Origin: Moniliella sp. 'wahieum'
Lineage: Eukaryota
Length of the DNA stretch: 64,000 nt
Direction: 5' to 3'
NCBI GenBank assembly: GCA_003971905.1
Contig: RSEE01000049.1
Coordinates: 62,001-126,000 of the forward strand
The notes below the pieces were generated by a model that searched no databases, was not told where the DNA came from, and saw nothing but the letters and a program-made list of their open reading frames with translations. A program made the position numbers and the translations under genes. Positions within the stretch are counted from its first letter, which is position 1, and every line of letters starts with the position of its first letter. Below, one piece after another: positions 11,161 through 23,429 of the stretch.

Positions 11161-12888
11161 TTAATGCAGTATTAATCTTCGTCTTCGTAGATTCTGTTCC
11201 ATTCCAATGATGTCTACTACTTCCTTAGTAGGTACATGTAAGAGGGAGATTGCTTCGGATGCACAGGTATTCATTCAGGCTGCATGGAATGGTGCTTTAT
11301 ATCAGAGGAGAAGGAGAAGCTATCACACGGTAGACCACGCGTGATGAGGGAAAGAGACACAAAAGGGGGCAAGGAAGATCTAGAACAAGGATCATACCCA
11401 CATCCTGTGGGAATGTGTGTGTGATCCGTCATAACAGAGCTGCTTGTGTTCCCATGGGCTTTCTTTTGCCTATATGATATTGTGACGATATAGAGACTCG
11501 CTTCTCTCATTGTGGCCTCCACAGGGGATTGCTACTGTTTTTAGAGGCACAGTACCTGGGGCGACAACAATTGTGTATTATATGTTAGAGGAGAAGCACT
11601 ATACCGCATCCTGGAAAAAGAGGGGGTCGCCTCTTTTCCTGGTTCTGGCAGGCAAAATCGTTGTACTATTTATGTATGAAACGGTCAATGCGTGTCACCT
11701 CTTCAATTGTTTTCTCGTGTGGAAATGGTATTATAGAAAGGCAGACAGACGGGGTCTACTACACGGGTTACTGCCTTATTATATGTTGACCGTGCTTTTC
11801 ATTGTCCTCTATTGTGTTTTCCTTTCTCCTCCAGTGTTCCCCCTACGTTCGACACTATGCTTCGTCACTTTTACTATCAGCTATCAGACGTTCACCGTGT
11901 GCTTGGGGTCAGCTCCTTAGCTCTTTCAATCCGTCGGGGCAACTACTTTCGGTCAGTTGGTCGCGGCACTAAAACCAACAGCAGTGATATGATTGGACCA
12001 AGCAAGAACCCTAAGTTGGCTTAATCCGAGAGAGGTGCAAAAGATGATCCGCTATTTGCAGATGAGTAACGAGGATCATACTCGTATATCGCATCCAAAG
12101 CCTATACGCTATGCGGACCAGACCCGAGTTTTTTATTGTGGGGGAGAGGGATGAGACAGAGGCATCAGCTGGTCTGAGTTCCATCACCAGCTTGCTCGCT
12201 CTCAACACCATGCCATTAAGTTCACTGGTGTCATTGGTCATGTCCAAATGTCGATAGAGCTGATGGTCTATGAGTCGAAGACAGGGGAAAAAGAGAGTTG
12301 CAGAAAGATCGGTGGAAAATGTCCAGCCCAGATCCCCCCTCCCCGGGCATAACCCGTCATAGGTTTGCTCGGGATCGATAGATTGATGAAAAAAGCAATG
12401 CACACCTATTAATAGCACCAGATGCATTCTGTTGCGCCTTTGAACCCATCCTTCACGACAACAGCTTCACTCAGGTTCTATGCTCGAAGTGATGGGGGCG
12501 GAGTCCGAGAAATCCTACTGTCTGGAGTGGAGTACACGCAAACTTTTTGAGTGAGCAGCTGGGCGACTCATTTTTGTCTTTGTGGGGGTGTCTCCTATAC
12601 ACTAATCTGATGGACCACCATTAATACTTCCCCCCGGGCCATGCCACATGACTGTTGGGAAGATGGGCCTCGTATCTGTCTGAATATGCATTTGGGTCTG
12701 TGTCCGCTCTGATACGTTCAGTGGTAACATCGCACCACTATTGTGCCCTCCAAAAGCCCTATCCTTCCAAAGAAGAAGGGGGGGTGCATACTAGTAGCAA
12801 CAAAACTATAATGGTGAGAGGTGATATGCAATACAGTCGGTTATCCCTTCTATACATTACCACGAGCCACTGTTGGGCTCACAGCACG

Positions 12889-12954
12889 CGCCCGCTGCTC
12901 GCTGCCACTTCCTCATAGCCCCGCCCGCTGCTCGCTGCCACTTCCTCATAGCCC
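12889..12954. repeat. Perfect 33-bp tandem duplication
   Basis: CGCCCGCTGCTCGCTGCCACTTCCTCATAGCCC occurs twice in tandem. Confidence 0.9.
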
Positions 12955-13430
12955 CACGATGCGTGCTATATGGAACAGACGCCCGCCAAACGAAGGTGCT
13001 TGAATTCTCGTTACATGAGTAGGATCAGGAGATGCACGTGGTGCACACAGGGCCCAGTCTTGAGAGGACGGTTAGGAAGCAGAGAACGAAGGGGGGAAGG
13101 TCAAAGATGAAAGGATTAAAGGGACTCATGACAGGCCGGCCATGAAAGTGGTGACGAAAAACCAACAAAAATGCAGAAAGGAAAGACGAAAGCGAGAGAT
13201 CACGGGCAGCTGTGCTTGCACAGCACAAAAAACCAACGTCGTGGAGTCAGGCTCAGGCGAGTAGAGAGACATACCATATCATAAGGAAACAGGTGCTGTA
13301 CTAGCATGGACAGGTAAGTAGGGTAAGCAAAAGGACAGTGGTGTTAGGCTAGCGAGGAGAAGGTGGGCGCCGGGTGGGAAGACGGCCAAAGGGGCGGCCC
13401 ACGGCGCCAGAGGAGGAAGCATCGCCAGAG

Positions 13431-14074
13431 TTAGGGGCACGGTGAGACGGCCGCATGCCGCGGAAGGAGTAGGCGGACGAGACAGACGAGAGGGAGAGGA
13501 GGAAAGGGAAGCGCCGATTGTGATGAGGGGAGGGAAGGCGTCAGCGTCTCGGTCGACGAAGGGGCCAGAGCGGGGCGACAGATCAGCGGCGAGACGGACA
13601 TGGACAAGATGGTGTCCAGGCGTCGCTCAGCCTGCGCCATGGTGGTCGGGGAGACATAAGTGCCCATCACCCAGTCCACCCACGGACTGAGACCCATCGA
13701 ATAATTGAATGCTGCACTTGCTGGGCGACACAGATGTAAGGCTGGCAGAGGAGGGCGTGGGACGATGATGTGCAAGAAGGGCAGATCGGACCAGGACATG
13801 GCCACCACACCCGCTCCCGCCGCCATAGCATTGAAGAATGCCGACTCATATACGTGGAGGCCCAGGGCGGTGGACACCAAACAACACCCGAGGGCTTCGC
13901 GAATCAACATGTCGAAGATGGAGGCGTACCCTGTTTCCCATGTGGTGCGGATGACGGACGTAGGAGATGGAGACTCGGGTAGAGAGGGGAGTGTGTAGAC
14001 AATGTTGGGATAAGAAGAGTGCTGATGGCTGGTGGGCTGTACGTTGTACTGGCATTGGAAGTGGTTGAGACTGG
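13431..14074 (-). CDS. Possible hypothetical (membrane?) protein
   Basis: GC-rich overlapping ORFs 13846-14145 and 13431-13910 give a protein-like hydrophobic stretch (TTWETGYASIFDMLIREALGCCLVSTALGLHVYESAFFNAMAAGAGVVAMSWSDLPFLH). No family recognised. Confidence 0.3.
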
Positions 14075-15138
14075 GGTCGGGTTGCTAGGATCGGGAAAGG
14101 AGTGGTATCGCTCGTGGAAGGTGTCAAAGAGAAATGTGTTGGCATGCCACAGCCGGTGAATCAGGTATTGCCACACGTCCAGAAGCAGCCTGTCATGCGC
14201 ATCTCAAATGTCAGCGGACACTCAACAAACGTTTTGCAGCTGTATGCGATAGACACGCACCAGGCAAGAAGCAGGCGCATAAGTGTAAGGTGCACTGGCG
14301 ACGAGTTAGGCGAAGCAGAATCTGCCGCTGCCAAGCTATCGTGGTCGCAGCATGCGAGCTGGATCAGCGCCCGCAGCGCCTGGGTGACGACCACGCGTAC
14401 CCTCCTGACGATCTCATCGTCTTCGGCTGGCGTGGCGGGGAGACGGCATGTGCCCGACCGGCCACATTTTGCTGGACGATAACACGACAGCCCAGTGGAC
14501 GGCCACAGGCGCAATGACGCAGATGGCTCGAGGTGCAAGCATCGTACAAGCAGTCAATGCCTGTGGTGGTGGCGGTGGTGTGGCGGCTCGGGGGCATGTG
14601 GCCCTCCTCGACTAGGCGCATACAGTGGTGACCGGGAACCACCTTCGAGCCAACACCTGCATCCGGCGCCACCCAGTATGGCGCCAGTGTGGTGCACTAG
14701 GGTTAACCCGACCTCGCCCTCAAGCTTCACCTGAAGTTGAGGCAAGAGGGTTGGAAGGGTAACTGGGCCGGACGCAACAACACTGTCAAAGGCTAAAGAA
14801 AAAAACACCAATGCCTGCTGGTGTCGCTTCCTCTTCCTACGACCGCGTCGTGTTCCAGGCCGCAGAAAAGGAGCGATGGGTTCATAGGTAGGTGCTGCAG
14901 AGACGGCCATGCTGCTTTCTACCCCCGCCATATGTGGGGTGCAGACCAGCCCTGGCAGGCTACGGGGAGCCTTCGGCAGATGGGCGAACACCTAACGCGG
15001 CCAGAGGCAAATAGCAAGATAGCAGAAAGTTCAATACAGAGTTCAGATGAGAATCAATGCTGTGTACATGAAGATGAGCAAGGCGGCGGAGCAGGCTGGG
15101 GTGCGAGGCAGTAGAAAGAAGTCGAGTCTGGTTGCGGA

Positions 15139-16816
15139 TCAAAGGTACTTCCCCCACCTTGCGCGGAGAACGAGGAGCAGCGCAGTGGCCGCCAAGGTGA
15201 CCAGTCCGGCAAGGGAGAAAGAGGTGGCGTAGCAGCTGCGGCCCAGACGACAGATGGCGTCTTGGCCGGCCTTCGCATCGGAGACAGTGGCATAGAGCAT
15301 ACAGAAGGCAAAGGAACCCAACGCGCAGGCGTAGGACAGCAGCCCCCACGACCGGCCAAAGGTGGACAAGCCAAAGGCAGAGGCTACAGTAGAGGAGACA
15401 AGGGTAAAGGTGGCCCCATATAGGAAGCCCACTGCCCCTGCAAGCACCATCAGACCACGCAGCGTTGTGAGCCCTACAGCAGCCAGCGCAAAAACTTGCT
15501 CCCATTCCGCCGGTGGCCCACATGAGGAGGGTGACTCTGGATATGCGGACGTTGCGGATGTAGGTCTTCCACCTAGCAATGTACGTGACTGGGGGTTCGC
15601 TCTCCTCCACCGCCCGTGCCGGACTGACGGCATCGGCCCGCGAGCCCACAACAAAGCGAGAGAGTGTTGGTAATTGCGAGGCAAGATGGCACGGGAGCGC
15701 CAGCGCAGCTCGCCGCGCGCCACGTCAGGGACATCAGCAAAGTCCACCGACGGCAGGGTGGTATGATAGAGAGCAGCCACCATGGAGCCGGCATTGGACA
15801 TTAGCATTTCCCCTACCCCGACAGCGGTGAGGAGGATGACGGCGAGGATCCAGAGAGGGGGCTTTGGCAAAATCTGTTAGGGACTCGGAGTGAGGGGTGA
15901 GCATAGATGTAGAAGAACGGATGCTCCATCCACTTGCGGCCGCCTGTTCCTCTCCGTTTTCGATGGCCTCCACGTCAACTGGCAACCCATGAGGCGCGAT
16001 GACGGCAACGCTCGCTGACTCATCCAGAGTGGGCACAGGCGCAGGGAAAAGTGGAGTGCGCTCGCTGGCATCCTGGTCGGCGGGGGCGGGGGCCTGGTGC
16101 GCTGCGGCCTGGGCGCGGCCTGGTGTTGTTTGTGCGCACTCCTTGGCCATGCACCTGGGTGGCCATCTGTCGTCTACGGCGGGGGTAGAAGGAAAGCCCC
16201 ATGCACCCATGCCGTTGCACGCCGCAAGCAGTACTGCAAGGAAAGAGAGAAAGCGGGCGGAATCGAGGTCGCCTGTGTTGGGATCGACAAAAAGTATTCC
16301 CAGTGCAGTGAGAAACATGGAGCTCAAACTAAACAGCGTGAGGGGCAGCGCTAGCGCCAAGCCGGGATGCTTGGGCCAAACGCGAGTGGCAGCCGTCAAA
16401 GAACCGAAGTAGGATGCGCCAACGCCAGCACCGACCAGGGCAAAGCAGGCCCGAGCCATACAGTGGGAAATGGAGAATGGGAGCGCCGCTGGGAGGTCGG
16501 CGCTGGCGGAGGAGCGCTGGGCCATGAGGCCGTACCCAATGCCAAACAAAGGCACGCGCCCAGGCTAAGCGGGGCAGGACCATATGAGTCCGCTAATGCT
16601 CCCCATGCGGCGGCACTGAGGTACTGCCCCAGAACGGCAGCTGACCAAAGAATGTGGTTTGTTTGAGGTCCAGCGCAAAGTCGGCCATGAGAGAGGGCCC
16701 AATGAGCGGAAGCAGAACATGCTCCCAGCGTCAGAGCATTGGTGGCGACACACAATACCACTAGAGCGCCGGGCGCGGCTTTGCTGACGCCCAAGCGATC
16801 GCACGTCGTCGGCCAT
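15139..16816 (-). CDS. MCH1: Mch1-like / nodulin-like MFS transporter
   Basis: Stitched ORFs 16396-16830, 15734-16555 and 15139-15870. Motifs: WGALADSYGP, LVGAGVGASYFGSLTAATRVWPKHPGLALALPLTLFSLSS, GFLYGATFTLVSSTVASAFGLSTFGRSWG and the C-terminal C-x-x-G-x-x-CY-x-x-SF. Start codon assumed at MADDVRSL. Confidence 0.8.
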
Positions 16817-16844
16817 AGCGCAAGAAGCAAGTAGAATGCGGGCG

Positions 16845-17082
16845 TGATAAGCTGGCCGTCCGCTTATTGAGCTTTTCGTCAACAAGTGAGCTTGCCGTCA
16901 ATTGTTGAGCTGCCGTCAACTTGATGAGCGTGCCGTCAACTTGATGAGCGTGCCGTCAACTTGATGAGCGTGCCGTCAACTTGATGAGCTTTCCGTCACT
17001 TTGATGTGTTGTCCGTCGCGTCAGCTTGATGAACTCGCCGTCAGTTTGATGAGCTCGCCGTCAGCTTGATGAGCTTGCCGTC
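16845..17082. repeat. 20-bp minisatellite, consensus TTGATGAGCKTGCCGTCAAC, about 11 units
   Basis: Three exact copies at 16921-16980 with degenerate copies on both sides and no unique spacers. Confidence 0.9.
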
Positions 17083-20052
17083 TGGATTGACGTGGTGAGG
17101 CCTCAGCCTGAGGCCTAAAGGGTGGCACTGGGATCTCTCCAGCATAGGAGGAAAAGAACATGGGACGATCAATTCCGCCCCCATTCGCGGGCACGTGACG
17201 CATGACGTGCATGACGTGCGTTTGTTGATGCTGAAGCTTGACAGGCCACAAACCGTTCTTAGAGTGACGGTGATCAGTGACCGGTGATCGGGTGATGATG
17301 ACTAGCTTGACTGGTGCGTCCTCGAGATTAATACACCGTTCTCACCGACATGGAACTCAAAACACCTAAAGTCCACGTCGGGCGCAGTGGGATGATCTAT
17401 TAGCGCTGAGGCTCAGCCCACCACTCCCCGCCTGCGCTGGCGCTCAGCGCCACCAGCCTCTCCGCTTTATCAGTCGCTATACTCTCGATGAGATGACATG
17501 CAGATGACATGTGATAATCATACTCTTGCGTCCATCCCATACCACTGGGTTAATCTCGATTTGTCTGCCTCATTTTGTGGTTGCTTATACCCCCCCCTTC
17601 TTCCCCCCCAGCTTCAAGCTTCAAGCTTCATGCAGGCCACAGAAGTTAGGTTCAGTTCTGAGAACTGGACGTTGAATCCAGTACTCAGCGAGCTTCACGT
17701 CAGGGGAATTACATTTGATCTTCTCCTTGCAATGCACCCCATTGCCGCCCTTAGCATTCTGTTTCCCCCCTTAGAATCCTGCATCCCCCCCTTTGGATGT
17801 ATAAAGAGGAGCTGCTTTTTCTTTGCCCCTACGTGAACGAAGAAGCTTCCTCCCTCTCCAATCTCTTTCCACCTACGGAACGCTCCAACCTCTTCATCCT
17901 TTCGTCTCTTCACCATCTTCATCACTGCCTGACCAATGGGCTCTTTCGACACCGCGCTTTCACCTTGCCATCGCCTTTTGTTCAACTTTTGCTCGCCTTT
18001 TGTGCGCCTTTCTATACGCCGCCCCAATCCAGATCAACTTGCATCCCTCTCGCTCATTGATCCGTTTCTACAGCATCTTCGGCAACCAACGCTAGTCAAC
18101 TTCCAGGGCGACCATACACAACAGCGACCGTAAGCCATGTGAATACGTTTGGTTAAGTCAAATTTCAAATCCGTTGAACGTTATGAACAATGGACCCAAG
18201 CTCAACTTGAACGGTGAGGACGTTAAGGGTATTGTCTACTGACTTTTGTCTGAAGCCTGAAGGCAGATTATTGATGGGGGGGAAGAAGGTGGAAGAGGAC
18301 TGCGGTCTACAAAGAGACATCCGAGCCGGAGCGAGCCACTAGTCACTGATCTCCCTAGGGGCGCTTGAGCTATTTCGGCAGAGAGTAAGCGGCTGCGTCA
18401 GGTCGAGCCGCCGCTGAGGGCTCAACCGCTCAACACCAAGCTAGGGAACGACGCTCGCTGAACGAGATGCGGCGATGAGATCGTGCGAGGAACAAAAGAA
18501 CGACGGTTTAATACGGCAAAACTGTCAAACGTACCAGATGATCTCGCCTGGGTTGCCATGTCGACGTGTCAACAGGGGGGTGAAGTTGAGACGGGGGGAC
18601 ACGATGACTGTGTGTGCATGTGTGCGAAGATGTATGTTTGGTCGGTTCCGGTTAGGCGGGAGAGCCGTGCAAACGGTCTGTTTCCAGTTGCAGCCACGTA
18701 TTTGATACCGGCGACGACAAACGGATTAAAAAAATTGATGCGCCCGCGTCTGTATTTGACGGAGGCGACGACAAATGCAGACGCTGTGATCGCCCATGCC
18801 AACTGGGAGCGCTGTGCTGGCAGCATGTGATGCGTGACATTGCATGTGAGTGGGAGGGCGAGGTCTGAGAACACGTGGCGGCGCCTTTGTGCTTACTGGC
18901 CAGGTGCGGCTGGTTTAGCGTCTACAACACTCACACGGTCCAGATGTCAGCATGACATGTGACATGTGACAGCCGCACGGGAATCTGTACCATGCATCAT
19001 GCATCACCATCAGACCACGCCTGTGGTGCGCTCGGAAGATGCAGCAGTGCAGCAGCGGGCGGCTCAGAGGCAGTTGGCTGGGGCAGCTCGCGGGTCTGAG
19101 TTGCGGGGCCAGGGGCAGTGTGGTGTCGACGGATTTCTTCCTTTTTGCCCTGGTGCACTGCCATTGTCATTCGACCCATCAAATCCAGATGCGACGCGTT
19201 CGTTCCCCGACGCCTACACAGGTATTTTGGATGGCTTTCCTTGGCGCGTCTGGGGCTTTTTTTTGTTCGTCGCCGGATAAGAGGGCAGATGCTTTGTCGT
19301 TGACCGGTGACCTCCGTGGCCTTGAAGCTTGACCTCCATGGCATTCGGGGTGTAGCTCAGGGCACGATGCATGTGCTTGGTGTAAGACCAGGGACCGATT
19401 CCTGCGTCTGGGGGACCTGTTGTACTTACAGCGGGTCTTTGCGCCTTTAGCGAGTAAGGACTAGCGACAGGCGGGAGACTGGGCACATGAAGCCTCAAGC
19501 TTAGAACGCCTCCGTGCCAATGGGGGGGGGCAGCCCTTTTGGGTTTGACAAGTTGATTGCCTCAAACCTAGGCCGCTCGGATCTTCGGTGGCGACTGAGA
19601 TCTGCCTGTCGAGCCTTTGTGCCTGAGGGGAATGGTTTAACGTTACGCGTTAACCGGAAAACCGGGAGCCAACTCCCGGTTAACGGCCCGGTCACCGGTC
19701 ATTGAATCATCTGATACATGCATCACACGCGGGGATCAGCCGATGGCTGATCGGTCCCGGGGCAGAGGGCAGTGCACTGCTGGGTCCCGAAGGATGATTG
19801 GCCAGGATCAGCGATCACCGGTCAAGCTTCACAATTCAAGCGTTTCTTTCCTCCACACGCAAGCAGCGCACAGGAGCGCCCCGTTGAAAAAAGAGAGGCT
19901 ACGGAAACGATGTGTTTCTGAGCGGACGGGCGTAGGGCCCGTGAGCCTTGGATCGATGGAACGGCACGGCAACAGATAGCTCTCTCGCAGCAGACCGCCC
20001 GCATGGCACTATCCCATCCAGCAAGCCAACATGGGAGCCAATCCCCCCCCCG

Positions 20053-20060
20053 TATATAAA
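20053..20060 (+). promoter_or_regulatory. TATA box of the DHA1 transporter gene
   Basis: TATATAAA about 75 bp upstream of the ATG at 20134, followed by a pyrimidine-rich tract. Confidence 0.55.
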
Positions 20061-20133
20061 GCTCCCTCCCACCCCCGGTTGCAGCCCACCTTTTCGCCCC
20101 CGCCCCTCCTGTCCGCTTCATCGCACGCCCACC

Positions 20134-21796
20134 ATGGCTGCCGCTGACGATGCCGTGCGCCCTGCGTCCATCGAATCCGACCGCACCTCCCTCCCCGATG
20201 AGGCCTTTAAGCAGCTGAAGGATGAGAAGATTCCCGACCGCATGCCCCAGCCCACCAGCGCCAATGCCGCCCTCGACCACGATGGTGAGCGCAGCTTGGT
20301 CAGTCAGGAGTACATGGACCGTATCGACAAGGAAGAGCAGGCCGACCAAAATGACCCTTTCCTCGTCGACTTTAGTCCTAACGACCCGGACAACCCCAAG
20401 AACTGGGCCACCAGCCGCAAGTGGTTTATCACCATGTTCACCTCGCTCTTGTGCTTCACGGTCGCCATTGGCTCTTCGATGCCCACCGGTGACCTGGACG
20501 GCGCAGCAAGTACCTGCATGTCTCTAGTGAGGCCATCAACCTGTCGATTACCCTCTTTGTTTGTGGCTTTGGCTTTGGCCCCATGCTCTTTGCTTCGCTG
20601 TCGGAAATGATCGGACGGCAACCCGTATACCTGCTTTGTGGCTTCCTCTACTTTATCTTCAACATGCAGTGTGCGTTGGCCAAGAACATTGCCACCCTCC
20701 TGTCTGGGCGAATGATTGCTGGTCTCGCCGCTTCTGCCCCTATGACCAACGTGGGCGGGTCGTTGTCGATGTGTGGAGGCCTGAGCAAAAGGGTTTCCCA
20801 TGGCCATGTTTTCGTCTGTAATTTTCGTCGGTCCAGCCGTCGGCCCGTTGATCGGTGGCTACATCAAGACGGGCACCAACAGCCCCAAAGCGTGGCAGTA
20901 CATCTACTGGACTCTGTTCGCATTTACGGGAATTATCTCATCATCAGTCTCTTTGCACCTGAGACTTGGCTCCCGTTATCCTGAAGAAGCGCGCCAAGAA
21001 GCTGCGCAAGGACACGGGAGATGAACGCTATTCGACGGCCAATGAGCGCGTGGGCAAGCGATCCCTTAAGGATATCGTGCAGACTTCTCTCCTCATCCCC
21101 TACTCATGCTGGTCAGTGAGCCAAGCTCATCCTCTTCTCGGGGTATCTCTGCTGGTCTATGGTACGTTTCCCTTTTCTCTCCAGGATTGATTGTACTGAT
21201 CCCTTCGCCTCAGCTCTGCTGTATCTCTCTTCTTTGCCTTGCCTATCGTCTACGCCGAGGGCCACGGCTTCAATGCCGGTGAGGTGGGTCTCATCTTCCT
21301 GGCGCTTGTGGTCGGAATTGTGCTGGCCAACATGTACGTGTACTTGTACACGACGGTGGTACCGCAACCGTGGGATGGAGCGTAAGAACACGCCAGAGGA
21401 CCGTCTTCCTGATGATGGTCGGTGCGCCATCCTGCCGCTGTCTATGTTCATTCTGGCGTGGACAGCATGCCGCATGTGCACTGGGCTGGGTCGATGATTT
21501 CTCTCATCCCGATGGGCTTTGCCTTTGTCTGCATTTACATTTCCGCCAACGCTACATTGTCGATGTCTACCCGCGCCAGGCGGCCTCCGCCTTGGCTGCC
21601 AAGACCTTGGCCCGCTCCCTGTGTGGTGCGCGGTTCCATTGTTCAGCAACCAGATGTTCCACAAGATGCACAACCAGTGGGCGTTCTGTCTTATGGCCTT
21701 TGTCTGCTGCGCCATGGCCCCTATCCTTTCATCTTCTTCCGGATCGGCCCCTCGATCCGTGCTGCGTCTAAGTATGCATCGTCGGACGACAGCTAA
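20134..21796 (+). CDS. MFS drug:H+ antiporter, DHA1 family (Tpo/Flr1-like)
   Basis: Motifs: VDFSPNDPDNPKNWATSRKW, SLSEMIGRQPVY, FVGPAVGPLIGGYI, PET..PVILKKRAKKLRKDTGDERY, YIVDVYPRQAASALAA, FFRIGPSIRAASKYA. Intron 21162-21213. Frameshifted. Confidence 0.92.
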
Positions 21797-22261
21797 GAGT
21801 CAGTCCATGTGTTGGGCTATCGCTCGACGGCTCTGCTCCTTGCTGTCATCTCCCTTTTCCGGCCACTTGCATCTACCCGCACTCCACCCCTTTTTCTAAG
21901 TCCACCTACCTATGCCTCATCATTCCCTCTTGCATGAGTGCACCATGCCTCCCAGCGATGAAGTTATCCCGTGTGCACTTACGGGTTCATCCCGTCTATA
22001 TCCCCCCCCCCCTGCACTGTACCCTATGGTTTCTCTGCATTCATCTTTGTTCCACGCATTATGTCTCTACGCTTGACTACGGCTATAACGCCTATCTGTA
22101 GTTGCTTCTTTCAGGTGAATGTCGGGCTTACCCACTTACTGGACTTGAGCGTGATCCAGTGCTGCCGTATTCGAGTTTGCACGTATCCGTGGTGCCCTGC
22201 TTGCATATGACAGATGGCTGATCGCAAACGACACGGCACGAATGACTGATTCGCAATCGAC

Positions 22262-22308
22262 ATGGTATGAACCATGCTACGAACCACGGCACGAACCACG
22301 GTATGAAC
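22262..22308. repeat. 12-bp tandem repeat (AYGGTAYGAACC-like, about 4 units)
   Basis: atggtatgaacc atgctacgaacc acggcacgaacc acggtatgaac. Confidence 0.75.
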
Positions 22309-23345
22309 TTGCGTCCTGCTTCTACCGCCTTTTACGTGTTTCTCAATCAACACGCCCCCGTCCCATTCCCCTGATTATGTCTGTCAGTCTCCCGAACCTA
22401 CCCGTGGGTCTCGTCGAGTCTTCTCTTCTCAAATGATTTCCTTCGCCATGCATTTTCTCTGGGTTTCTTGGATTCTTCGTTAACCACAGCTAGCCAATAT
22501 AGATACAAAAATGACTGATATACGCGTGTCATACCATCCTTAGTTGCGCATCATTTATACTCGTTCGATGCAGGACCCGGTGGAGTGAATCAAATGCTCC
22601 TGAGTGGGGTGCTTCTCTCAGTCGAAATCTCATGGGCGAGGCGAGGTCCTTGTCTCGACTCAGAAGACAAGGCTCCGTATATGCCCGGGATCGGGCAAGA
22701 GTGGCATGCCTGCAGTCCGTGCACCTATAATAGAGGACAGATTGGGAGGGCGACACAGACAGAGCAACGGCAGGGTCAGACATTATTCGCCACGTTTGTG
22801 CCAGAAAACGGCAGGCTTGGTCCTCCTTCGTCCTCTCCCAGAAGACTCCCTCAAGATGATTTCCCCCTCCATCTGCCTCCCTGATTCATCGAAGTCCCCG
22901 GCCCTGGCCCATCGCCAGGTACAGCCAAAGGAGACACAAAGAGAAGCTGTCGGAGGAGATCTGTCCAGCGGTCTGCTACCGGTGTGAAGGGAGATGGTAG
23001 TTGACTAAGGAATGAATTACTGGCCCGGCAGAAGCCTCGGGAAGATCTGCTACGGAATAAACCGGGGCTAATTGGGCTGGGCCGCAGGTGAAGTCACACT
23101 CAACAGAAACGTGTGGGCTTGACCAGGATCGAAAATTCTCGGCTTCTCCCTTGGGACTATACGTGTGCAATGACGCGTGGCACTGGAAGATGTGTACCGT
23201 AATAATGGTGTGAATGCTAATAGTGGTGGCTGAACGGTATGTTACGCATACGAGGTCGGAGCCTGAGGGGCCTGATGCACGTCGAGCCTCATGCCCCCGT
23301 CTACAGCATAGACAAGGTTCCAACGGGCGTTCATTAAAAAAAACA

Positions 23346-23429
23346 CTCTCCGACCGGGAATCGAACCGGGTCTCGTCCGAACGTCCACATCATGACAGGG
23401 ACGTGTCATAGCCACTAAACTATCGGAGA
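23346..23429 (-). tRNA. tRNA-Asp(GTC) with 13-nt intron
   Basis: Acceptor stem TCTCCGA/TCGGAGA, anticodon stem CGTCC/GGACG, loop CT-GTC-A|C, T-loop GGTTCGATTCC and a downstream T-run terminator. One C:C mismatch in the T stem. Confidence 0.9.

Noticed and set aside
16845..17082. CRISPR-like array
   Set aside because: Units are head-to-tail with no unique spacers, there are no cas genes, and the context is eukaryotic.
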